Source of the DNA: an uncultured Verrucomicrobiae bacterium
GTDB lineage: Bacteria > Verrucomicrobiota > Verrucomicrobiia > Limisphaerales > Palsa-1400
Assembly (NCBI GenBank): GCA_963825315.1
Contig: CAWGST010000001.1
Span: forward strand, 24,778 to 88,777
Direction of reading: 5' to 3'
DNA: 64,000 nucleotides
Shown here piece by piece: positions 11,669 through 19,605 of the stretch; the stretch's first letter is position 1, and each line of letters opens with the position of its first letter. The position numbers were made by a program, and so were the translations under genes. The notes under the pieces were generated by a model that worked only from the letters and a program-made list of their open reading frames with translations, did no database searches and was not told where the DNA came from.

Positions 11669-12195
11669 GATTGATAGATAGTCCGGAAAATCGGCAACAC
11701 GGTAACAAGTGTTGATAGTCAACGACTTAGCCGGTAACACGATCAGCTACAAACCAGTAACATGTTACTGCTTTTCGTTTTTCGCTGCCTCGTGAGCTGT
11801 ATAAAATTAGCCATCTGAAGAAGAAACGGCAAAAACGGGGGTCAAAATCATAAAATTGCCGCGAAGCATGGCCAGAAAGTTCATATTGATAGATAGAGGT
11901 TCGGAAAATCGGCAACACGGCAACAAGCCTTATTTTACAAGGGTTTCGTTGAGCTTTTCGGCTGGCAACACAGCGGCAACGGTTGGCAACATGTTGCTGG
12001 AGGCCACAGATTGGCGCAGATGGGCACAGATTTCCAGGTCTGGGATTAAGATTAGGATTAGGATTACGATTAGGATCGCAAGAAACGGAAGATTGATATG
12101 TGGGTCCGGAAAATCGGCAACACGGCAACAAATGTTGATAGTCAACGACTTAGCTGGCAACAAAATCGGCAACAGACCAGCAACAAGCCCGTTAC
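11669..12195 (+). repeat. Three copies (11669-11770, 11885-11999, 12091-12195) of a ~105-115-bp dispersed element containing GGCAACA iterons
   Basis: Shared head ATTGATA...GGAAAATCGGCAACACGG(C/T)AACAA followed by further GGCAACA/GGTAACA units. A fourth copy lies at 39506-39622. Confidence 0.85.
12044..12076 (+). repeat. (GATTAR)n hexamer microsatellite
   Basis: gattaagattaggattaggattacgattaggat. Same family at 38411-38490, 39272-39304 and 51976-52048. Confidence 0.85.
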
Positions 12196-12404
12196 ATTAA
12201 CGATAAAGCTGGCCTGGATTGGTTGGACGGTTTAATGACCATCGGTGTTTTAAGAATTTGACCACGGATTTCAGGATGGCCTGACAGATCATGGCAAACC
12301 GGGTAAGCCAACCACACCGCATGAAGAAGGCCAACCAGACTTTTTAACCACGAAAGACTCGAAAAACGCGAGCCTTGAAAGTAATGCGGTGGTGAAAATG
12401 GGGC

Positions 12405-12433
12405 TTGGCTGGACGTTTTGTTTCGGCTACAAT
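12405..12433 (+). promoter_or_regulatory. Putative sigma70 promoter of the cas9-cas1-cas2 operon
   Basis: TTGGCT(12405-12410)-N17-TACAAT(12428-12433), 34 nt upstream of the cas9 ATG. An 8-bp inverted repeat CGTTTTGT/ACAAAACG straddles the -10 box. Confidence 0.55.
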
Positions 12434-12467
12434 CTTGCCCGCTACACAAAACGAAGGGAAAAAGAAG

Positions 12468-15400
12468 ATGAATGCGGAAACTTCAAAGGCTGGCAAAACC
12501 GTCTGGGCTTTCGACTTGGGCAAAGGCTCCATCGGCGAAGCGGTGCGTTGCGGCGACAAATTTCTGCACAAAGCCTCGCTGCTCATCCCCGCCGAGTTTG
12601 CGGAAACCAAAACCGCCGCTGGACGACGCCGTATGTGGCGCACGCGGCAGGCACACAAGGCGCGCGAGCAATGGCTAGACGAGGTGATGCGCCAAGCGGG
12701 GATTGAAGTTCTCCATGGGCGCAATTACGACAAAATGGGTAAATGGAAAGTTGGCGAACCGGCGGATGAACGGCTGGAACGCGAGTTTGCCGAACCGGGC
12801 GACCCCACTTGTTATACGTCTTGCTTGCTTCGCATCAAACTTTTGCGCGGTGAAAAGCTTGAACCGTGGCAGATCTACAAGGCGCTTCATTCAGCGATCC
12901 AACGACGCGGTTACGATCCGAACATTCCTTGGAAAAACCGCAGCCAGCGCAAAGCCAAACCAGGAGATGCCAACGATGACGACGCCGGAACAGAAGCGCG
13001 GATGCAACAATTTGAGAAAGAATTGGAAGCAATGTCGCCCGGCAAGGATGAATATAAATTCTCGTGCTATTTTGATGCTTGGAAAATGGGATTGTGGAAT
13101 CCAGATAAACCAAAGGAATTAAAAGATCGCATTGATTGCCGCACGGAAAGCACCCGAAATCAAATTGTTCCTCGCAAATTGGTGGACAAGGAAATCCGGG
13201 CATTGGCCGAAGCTGCCGCGAAGCATTATCCCAAACTCAAAGGCCAACCGGACTATCTGCTCTATGGCCCGGCAAAAACTCCTTATGCCTCGTTCGACGC
13301 CAAGCTTCGAAAGCAGCACCACTTGAAGGAAGGCGGCGCAAATGACTGGCAAGGTGTGCTTGGCCAGAAGATTCCAAAATTCGAGAATCGGATTCTAAAT
13401 GATTGTGCCCTTATCCCTCGCCTTTATGTCTGCCGCAATCCAAGCCGCGAGGATTACAAGGATTTATCAGAGGACAAGCTTCTTCCTGCACAGGTTACGT
13501 TCCTGATGAAGTTGAAGAATATGCGCGTTGAGAAAAAGACGCCGCGTCAGCAATGCGGCCTGGCGGCAACCCAAATCAAAGAGATTTTTGACGAATACAA
13601 TCCAAAGCGAAAATATCATCTAACGCCCACGCAATGGAAGAATTGGTGCCTACACTTCGACGTTCTCCCGATTACAGACGCGGGCGAAAAAGGCAAAGAC
13701 GCGCCTAACGAAATCGATGGTCAAAAGAAGAAACAGGAAAGTGATGTCATCGAAGGGCCGACCGATAGCGGGCGCAGCAGGTTTTCGCGTCCAGCTTTAA
13801 GAATCCTCAGGGCATTGATTTTGAACGGGGAAAAACCATCAGCAATGCACAAAAAGTTGGTGGCGCGTGATTCGGCTCTGCTGGCGCAAATTGGCATGGA
13901 CATTCTGGACAAGCCGCCAATCAAAGAAAAGAAAGACGCGGCTGGGAATGTTGTTCGTAACTACGTTGAGCAACCGCGTCCTTGGCTTCTCGTTTCCGAT
14001 TTGTCGTTTCTTCTCGTCATGCGGAAAACGGGCGCGAAAGACGATTCATGGGAAGATTTGTTCATCCCAAATCAGCGTTTAGACCAAGTCGTTCAGGAAA
14101 TTTCCATTGCCGGTCAAAGCGGTAACGCACAAGCGCAGCGGAAACAGAGAGATAAAGCCATCCAAAAACTTATCGGGTCGCAAAATGATCCTAAAGTCCG
14201 CCATCGGCTCGCAACGTTTTGGGAACGGCTACAACTTCTGGAAGAAGCTCATGGCGTGCCGGACCAAGTTGTTTTGGAATTCATCCGGGAAGACTTCATG
14301 GGTGAGAAAGCAAAGAAGAAGTTGAAGGAGTTCCAAGACAAGCGCGCCACCGACCGAAAGAAAGCACGCGCGTATGGTGGTTTGAAATTTGAACTCTACG
14401 AGGCGCAAGGCGGCCTGTGCCTTTATGGAAAACAAGTAATCAAGGACGGTAAGTGCATCGCTCTTGAGAATGGCTTGCCATTGCCTAATACGGCGGGTTG
14501 GGATGAATTGGTCATTGACCACATTGTACCTCGCGAAGCTCCGTACAACGGGCCGGACTCGATGGTGAACTATGTTCTTACGACTCCAGAAGCCAACAAT
14601 GCAAAGGGTAAACGCACTCCGTTTGATTGGTTTCACCAAGATCGTTTGGAGCAATGGGACAGTTACAAAAACTTTGTCACACCGAAAATTGGGACGCTCG
14701 GCGGCAAGAAAGTTCAGCTTTTGACACGCGCTGATGCCGCAGCACTTGTCACGAAATATACTTCGCTGGCGGAAACCGCCTGGATTTCCAAGTTGGCTCA
14801 AACTTTGATTCGCTTGCACTTTGGCTGGCCTTTGGAACACGAACGCGGCAAGGAACGTTTAACTATTGTTCCCGGAGGATTGACCGGGCGGATCCGCAGG
14901 AAATATCTGTTGAATACGTTGCTGGATGAACGATTCAAGAATTTGCCGACCAATCAAATCCAACCGGAGAATGAGGAGGCGGCGGAAAAAGATCGCACGG
15001 ACAACCGACACCACGCGCTGGACGCGATGCTGATCAGTTTTTTCCCCGACTGGATGCGAAATCCGCACAAAGACGATTTCTTTCGTTTCCCCGTTCCTCT
15101 CGATAAGCCGTTTCCAGCAAAGCGCAACAAGCACGCCGTTCGCGAGTATTTCAGACGGTTGCTCGATGAGGTTTTGCCAGAAAACCTGTTTTTGGAAAAA
15201 GCAAAGCTCGCCGAAACCGCGTACGGACGCTCATTTCAGCCCGAAGAAGTCAGCGCAGATGGCGACTCTGTAAAATATAGAACCAGGAAGATAGCGTTGG
15301 CAGACTTGGCTTATCTGAAAGGCAAAGCAGATGCAGTCGCTTACGATCACAAGCAAGCACGTCGCGTGGCAAGCGGGATCGTAAATCAAGAGATTCGCAA

Positions 15401-16529
15401 GCATGTGTGCGAGTTTCTAAAATCCAATCCGTCGGAAGCTGACTGGCAAGCGTTTTGTAAAAAATTTGAGGACGAAGCTCAAAAGGCGAAACGCACCAAT
15501 GCAATCAAAGTTGAAGTTCGTCTCGTCGTTGAAATCCGCACCCATCGCAAGTCAGTGAAAGAAATGGCATACGAAAAAGGCAATTCGCGGGAATACGATG
15601 TCGAATACGCGCGTGGGAACGTGGATGAAATCGTGGAGGATTTGCCGGAGCAAATATCCATCAAGGCTAAACTCCGCGAATTCTTTGCAGGTAATCCAAC
15701 CGAGAATCAGTGGAAAGCATTTCATGAATCTCTGAAGCCGATTGACCGTTGCAAATTAAAAGCCGAGCCGGACGAAACGGGCAAGAAAACCAAGGCTCGC
15801 ACGGTGAAGTTTATGGTTTTCGCTCATCGCCCAATCCCGATGAAATTCAACCTTGAAAAGGTTCACGGGCAAATTGACAAGATTTGCGACGAGTACATCC
15901 GCCAACGGCTACGCGCCTTCGTAAATCAATCTCCGCCGCCAGATCAAACTGGTTGGAACACGTTCTGCGAATCATTTCGCCAAGAACGAAGAGACGACAC
16001 CGGGAATCTGCTCAAAGACGTTGCGGGAAATGTGCTTTATGGGGTGCGCATCAAGAAAGTCCGGGTGATAGATGGAGGCCCTGACGAGTTTAAGGATTTC
16101 TCCAAAGACGGAACTGGCACGTTCTACAAAAACAAGAAGGAGCACAAAGGACAGTTCGTTTTCCTCGTGGATGACGGCTCATCTAACGGCAAAGTCAATG
16201 CGCGCCCCGTTTATGTCTTCGAATCTGTGCGGAAAGTTCGAAGCGAAGTCGAAGCTATAGACAAGCTAAAACGCGTCGTCGGATATTTTCAATCCGGTTG
16301 CGCCATCGAAATCAGTCAGCCCTTGTTAAAGGAGGGCTACGGCTTTGTCGTCTTGAAAGATGAAAAGAAAAAGCGAGAAAAGGCAGAATCGCCTCTCGCT
16401 CCGGGCAAATTCTTATTGAAGACAATTATCACCAAATCGCGCGCCGTTGAAATGGAAACGACCGCCGGCATTGTCATCAATTCCACTCTCGATTCTCTGA
16501 TTAAGGCGGGATTGAAGCGAGTTTCATGA
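12468..16529 (+). CDS. cas9: Type II (II-C-like) CRISPR endonuclease Cas9, ~1353 aa, catalytic residues intact
   Basis: RuvC-I VWAFDLGKGSIG, Arg-rich bridge helix RRRMWRTRQAHKARE, QRRGY, RuvC-II VVLEFIRE, HNH IDHIVP...DSMVNYVL...ANNAKGKRTPFDW, RuvC-III RHHALDAML. Followed by cas1, cas2 and an array. ATG 12468 has a purine-rich RBS. Confidence 0.96.
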   Translation: MNAETSKAGKTVWAFDLGKGSIGEAVRCGDKFLHKASLLIPAEFAETKTAAGRRRMWRTRQAHKAREQWLDEVMRQAGIEVLHGRNYDKMGKWKVGEPADERLEREFAEPGDPTCYTSCLLRIKLLRGEKLEPWQIYKALHSAIQRRGYDPNIPWKNRSQRKAKPGDANDDDAGTEARMQQFEKELEAMSPGKDEYKFSCYFDAWKMGLWNPDKPKELKDRIDCRTESTRNQIVPRKLVDKEIRALAEAAAKHYPKLKGQPDYLLYGPAKTPYASFDAKLRKQHHLKEGGANDWQGVLGQKIPKFENRILNDCALIPRLYVCRNPSREDYKDLSEDKLLPAQVTFLMKLKNMRVEKKTPRQQCGLAATQIKEIFDEYNPKRKYHLTPTQWKNWCLHFDVLPITDAGEKGKDAPNEIDGQKKKQESDVIEGPTDSGRSRFSRPALRILRALILNGEKPSAMHKKLVARDSALLAQIGMDILDKPPIKEKKDAAGNVVRNYVEQPRPWLLVSDLSFLLVMRKTGAKDDSWEDLFIPNQRLDQVVQEISIAGQSGNAQAQRKQRDKAIQKLIGSQNDPKVRHRLATFWERLQLLEEAHGVPDQVVLEFIREDFMGEKAKKKLKEFQDKRATDRKKARAYGGLKFELYEAQGGLCLYGKQVIKDGKCIALENGLPLPNTAGWDELVIDHIVPREAPYNGPDSMVNYVLTTPEANNAKGKRTPFDWFHQDRLEQWDSYKNFVTPKIGTLGGKKVQLLTRADAAALVTKYTSLAETAWISKLAQTLIRLHFGWPLEHERGKERLTIVPGGLTGRIRRKYLLNTLLDERFKNLPTNQIQPENEEAAEKDRTDNRHHALDAMLISFFPDWMRNPHKDDFFRFPVPLDKPFPAKRNKHAVREYFRRLLDEVLPENLFLEKAKLAETAYGRSFQPEEVSADGDSVKYRTRKIALADLAYLKGKADAVAYDHKQARRVASGIVNQEIRKHVCEFLKSNPSEADWQAFCKKFEDEAQKAKRTNAIKVEVRLVVEIRTHRKSVKEMAYEKGNSREYDVEYARGNVDEIVEDLPEQISIKAKLREFFAGNPTENQWKAFHESLKPIDRCKLKAEPDETGKKTKARTVKFMVFAHRPIPMKFNLEKVHGQIDKICDEYIRQRLRAFVNQSPPPDQTGWNTFCESFRQERRDDTGNLLKDVAGNVLYGVRIKKVRVIDGGPDEFKDFSKDGTGTFYKNKKEHKGQFVFLVDDGSSNGKVNARPVYVFESVRKVRSEVEAIDKLKRVVGYFQSGCAIEISQPLLKEGYGFVVLKDEKKKREKAESPLAPGKFLLKTIITKSRAVEMETTAGIVINSTLDSLIKAGLKRVS

Positions 16530-16551
16530 AGCCGGAAACCATCTTGAAATT

Positions 16552-17436
16552 ATGAGCCACCACATTCTTCATGTTCTCAAACACGGTTGCGTGTTGTCCA
16601 AAGACCGGGGCTTTATCGTTTGTCGCGGCGAGGACAAAAGCGAGAACCGCATTCCGCATGAGGATTTGCGGGCGGTTATCATCGCGGCGCGCGGCGTCAC
16701 GCTGACGTCCAGTTTCATTTCCGCCGTGCTGGAAACGGACGGGATCATTTTGCATTGCAATGAAAGTTACCGGCCTTGCGGTGTCACCGCGCCATTGGGC
16801 CGGGTGATTGATAATAAGGCTTTTTTGCATCAAGCGGAACGTCCGGTGCGGTTGAACAATCGCCTCTGGCAGCATCTCATTCGGGGAAAAACGCTGAACC
16901 AGTTGAAGGTGCTGAAAAAGCGGCAGTTGAAATCGCCGCATCTCGAACTGGCGGTGAAGAAAGATATTTTCGACGAGGGCAATTGCGCCCGGCGTTATTG
17001 GCAGTTGTATTTTCCCTCGATTGGCTGGGTTTCCTCGTCACGCGACCGAAAGCAGGACAACGCGCCCAATCAGATGTTGAATTACGGTTACGCCGTGCTT
17101 GGCGCGCTTTGCCATCGCGGTTTGTTGATTCATGGATTATCGCCGTTGCTCGGCGTGAAACATACGACGCGCTATCACGCCGACCCCCTGGTTTATGACA
17201 TTATGGAGCCGTACCGCCCGGCGGTGGATTTGATGATGGCGGAATTCATGGTGGGCGAGGATATCAGCATGAAGGCGTGGTGCAAAAAGGTCGGCAACGA
17301 ACTGCGCGAGCAGCGGGTCGAGCATGACCGATATTCGCTCAAGCTCATGGATGCCATTGACGCCTCGGCTTCTTCGCTGGCCCGGAGTTATGCGGAAAAA
17401 TCGTCCGAACTGTTTTGGGTGCCAGAGTTGTCGTGA
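16552..17436 (+). CDS. cas1: Type II CRISPR-associated endonuclease Cas1
   Basis: EGNCARRYW, NQMLNYGYAVL, GVKH, LVYDIMEPYRP. Confidence 0.96.
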   Translation: MSHHILHVLKHGCVLSKDRGFIVCRGEDKSENRIPHEDLRAVIIAARGVTLTSSFISAVLETDGIILHCNESYRPCGVTAPLGRVIDNKAFLHQAERPVRLNNRLWQHLIRGKTLNQLKVLKKRQLKSPHLELAVKKDIFDEGNCARRYWQLYFPSIGWVSSSRDRKQDNAPNQMLNYGYAVLGALCHRGLLIHGLSPLLGVKHTTRYHADPLVYDIMEPYRPAVDLMMAEFMVGEDISMKAWCKKVGNELREQRVEHDRYSLKLMDAIDASASSLARSYAEKSSELFWVPELS

Positions 17437-17792
17437 GCCAAACCGAGAAAAAAAGTCCGTTTCGTATGGGGTGGATATTGGCCATGTTTGACCTGCCGGT
17501 GATGACGGACAAAGAGCGGAAGGCCGCCACCCGATTTCGGAATGACCTGCTCGATAATGGTTATTTGATGATCCAGTTTTCAGTGTATGCCCGCCCGTGC
17601 GTCAGTTACGAACAAATGGACACGCACATCGCCCGCATGAAAGGGCTGATTCCGACGGCGGGAAATGTTCGGCTGATGTTTATGACGGATGAACAATGGA
17701 AAAAAAGTTATACGGTGATCGGTGAAAATTACAGAGATGACAAACGCGCCAAAGACCCGACGATTCCCAGCCAAGTGGACTTTTGGGAGTAA
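17433..17792 (+). CDS. cas2: CRISPR-associated endoribonuclease Cas2
   Basis: WILAMFDLPV...FRNDLLDNGYLMIQFSVYAR. GTG start overlaps the cas1 TGA (GTGA); alternative start at 17466. No csn2 or cas4 present. Confidence 0.95.
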   Translation: MSQTEKKSPFRMGWILAMFDLPVMTDKERKAATRFRNDLLDNGYLMIQFSVYARPCVSYEQMDTHIARMKGLIPTAGNVRLMFMTDEQWKKSYTVIGENYRDDKRAKDPTIPSQVDFWE

Positions 17793-17793
17793 C

Positions 17794-17834
17794 GGCGGCG
17801 TTGAAACGTGCTATGCAGTGGTTTCAACGCCGCC
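17794..17834. terminator. 14-bp perfect GC-rich hairpin right after the cas2 stop (tracrRNA nexus/3' stem and/or bidirectional terminator)
   Basis: GGCGGCGTTGAAAC(17794-17807)/GTTTCAACGCCGCC(17821-17834). No clear U-tract. Confidence 0.6.
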
Positions 17835-17871
17835 TAATCAGTTAAGACTTCACCCCCCGGAGAAGTCGCAT
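17794..17871 (-). ncRNA. Putative tracrRNA (3' end undefined)
   Basis: Minus strand reads AUGCGACUUCUCCGGGGGGUGAAGUCUUAAC-UGAUUA-GGCGGCGUUGAAAC...GUUUCAACGCCGCC. There are 23 contiguous nt (17846-17868) complementary to the crRNA repeat, followed by a 14-bp hairpin. Confidence 0.8.
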
Positions 17872-17874
17872 CAA

Positions 17875-17902
17875 ATCATACCGCACCAGGCACTTCCGTC
17901 AA
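17875..17902 (-). promoter_or_regulatory. Putative tracrRNA promoter
   Basis: Minus strand TTGACG-N16-TATGAT, with the predicted start just before the anti-repeat core. Confidence 0.65.
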
Positions 17903-17906
17903 GCCC

Positions 17907-19523
17907 ATTATAGCCGACTTCTCCGGGGGGTGAAGTCAAAACGGTTGTGGTGTCAACAAATGTCACCGTGACATTATAGCCGACTTCTCCGGGGGGTGAA
18001 GTCAAAACTGGGCACGTTCTTTTGGTGCTTTAGCTGCAATTATAGCCGACTTCTCCGGGGGGTGAAGTCAAAACTATGGCGCTACCGGACGTAGTTCGGT
18101 ATCGATTATAGCCGACTTCTCCGGGGGGTGAAGTCAAAACAACTGGGCCATTGTGAAAGTCACCAACGCCATTATAGCCGACTTCTCCGGGGGGTGAAGT
18201 CAAAACACTGGGCAATTGTGAAAGTCACCAACGCCTATTATAGCCGACTTCTCCGGGGGGTGAAGTCAAAACTAGAACCTTTCGTTTACCGAACTAAATT
18301 AATTATAGCCGACTTCTCCGGGGGGTGAAGTCAAAACACCAAAGTTTCGAGGAGCTGCGGATGTGGATTATAGCCGACTTCTCCGGGGGGTGAAGTCAAA
18401 ACCCGCCCGTCGCGTCGTAGGGCATGATCTTGATTATAGCCGACTTCTCCGGGGGGTGAAGTCAAAACCCGTGCCGATGAATTACCTGCTTGTCTGCCAT
18501 TATAGCCGACTTCTCCGGGGGGTGAAGTCAAAACCTGCGCCAGTGTAATGCCCTGCCCCTCGCCATTATAGCCGACTTCTCCGGGGGGTGAAGTCAAAAC
18601 ACGCGATTTGATTTGATCGGCGTTTGGGCCATTATAGCCGACTTCTCCGGGGGGTGAAGTCAAAACTGATGTAGAGTGCTTGTGCTAAGCTTTCGTATTA
18701 TAGCCGACTTCTCCGGGGGGTGAAGTCAAAACAAGAAGTTGTTGCAGCTGGTTGCGTTTCCTATTATAGCCGACTTCTCCGGGGGGTGAAGTCAAAACAC
18801 ATCCTCCTCGTCGTTAAAAAGTTCACCAATTATAGCCGACTTCTCCGGGGGGTGAAGTCAAAACCTTAACCTCTGTCACCTTCGCGGTGTGGAAATTATA
18901 GCCGACTTCTCCGGGGGGTGAAGTCAAAACACAAGATCGCGGCAGACAAGCTCGTTGAGCATTATAGCCGACTTCTCCGGGGGGTGAAGTCAAAACAACG
19001 ACACCCAGCGCCAGATGATCATTGACATTATAGCCGACTTCTCCGGGGGGTGAAGTCAAAACTTTTCAGTCATGCTGCCTCCGCGCGTTCCATTATAGCC
19101 GACTTCTCCGGGGGGTGAAGTCAAAACTGGAGGCGGCGAAGGGCATCCAGGCCGGTCATTATAGCCGACTTCTCCGGGGGGTGAAGTCAAAACAGTCGTC
19201 GGTGTGCAGAACGGACATTCCGGATTATAGCCGACTTCTCCGGGGGGTGAAGTCAAAACCCTGGTCATTTCCTCAATCAATTTATAACCATTATAGCCGA
19301 CTTCTCCGGGGGGTGAAGTCAAAACGCGCTGGGTGTCTTCAAGCACTTTATAATTATTATAGCCGACTTCTCCGGGGGGTGAAGTCAAAACCGAAATCCG
19401 CTCACGCAACAGCATTTGAAGATTATAGCCGACTTCTCCGGGGGGTGAAGTCAAAACCACAGCAGCTCATCCACCTTCAGCCCCTTCATTATAGCCGACT
19501 TCTCCGGGGGGTGAAGTCAAAAC
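17907..19523 (-). CRISPR. CRISPR array with 25 identical 36-nt repeats (crRNA sense GTTTTGACTTCACCCCCCGGAGAAGTCGGCTATAAT) and 24 spacers of 29-30 nt
   Basis: Repeats counted directly from 17907 to 19488. Orientation inferred from the 5' GTTTT end, the 3' TATAAT (-10 box in each repeat, as in II-C arrays) and the anti-repeat strand. Confidence 0.98.
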
Positions 19524-19605
19524 GGGCGGCGGGTGAATCGCTACGCATTACAATCAGGTTGTTTTTGCATTCTCACCAGCGTAGCGATTCACCCGCCGCC
19601 CGTTT
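19520..19605. other. Perfect 27-bp inverted repeat (32-nt loop) abutting the distal CRISPR repeat
   Basis: AAACGGGCGGCGGGTGAATCGCTACGC(19520-19546) / GCGTAGCGATTCACCCGCCGCCCGTTT(19579-19605). Confidence 0.9.

Noticed and set aside
11669-12195. Second CRISPR array or tracrRNA upstream of cas9
   Set aside because: Spacing is about 210 bp, the units are degenerate, they show no complementarity to the CRISPR repeat, and a copy occurs 27 kb away.
12405-12467. Longer TTG-initiated N-terminus of Cas9, and similar ORF-track extensions at 8187, 21578, 31270 and 32839
   Set aside because: The extensions overlap promoters or neighbouring genes. Downstream ATGs fit the family N-termini and RBS/overlap patterns better.
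12468-17792. Type II-A or II-B assignment, or a nuclease-dead or transposon-associated Cas9
   Set aside because: No csn2 or cas4, RuvC and HNH catalytic residues are present, and there are no tns/tnp genes nearby.
17943-19487. Self-targeting spacers
   Set aside because: By eye, no spacer matches elsewhere in this window, including the cas9 promoter. The rest of the genome cannot be checked here.
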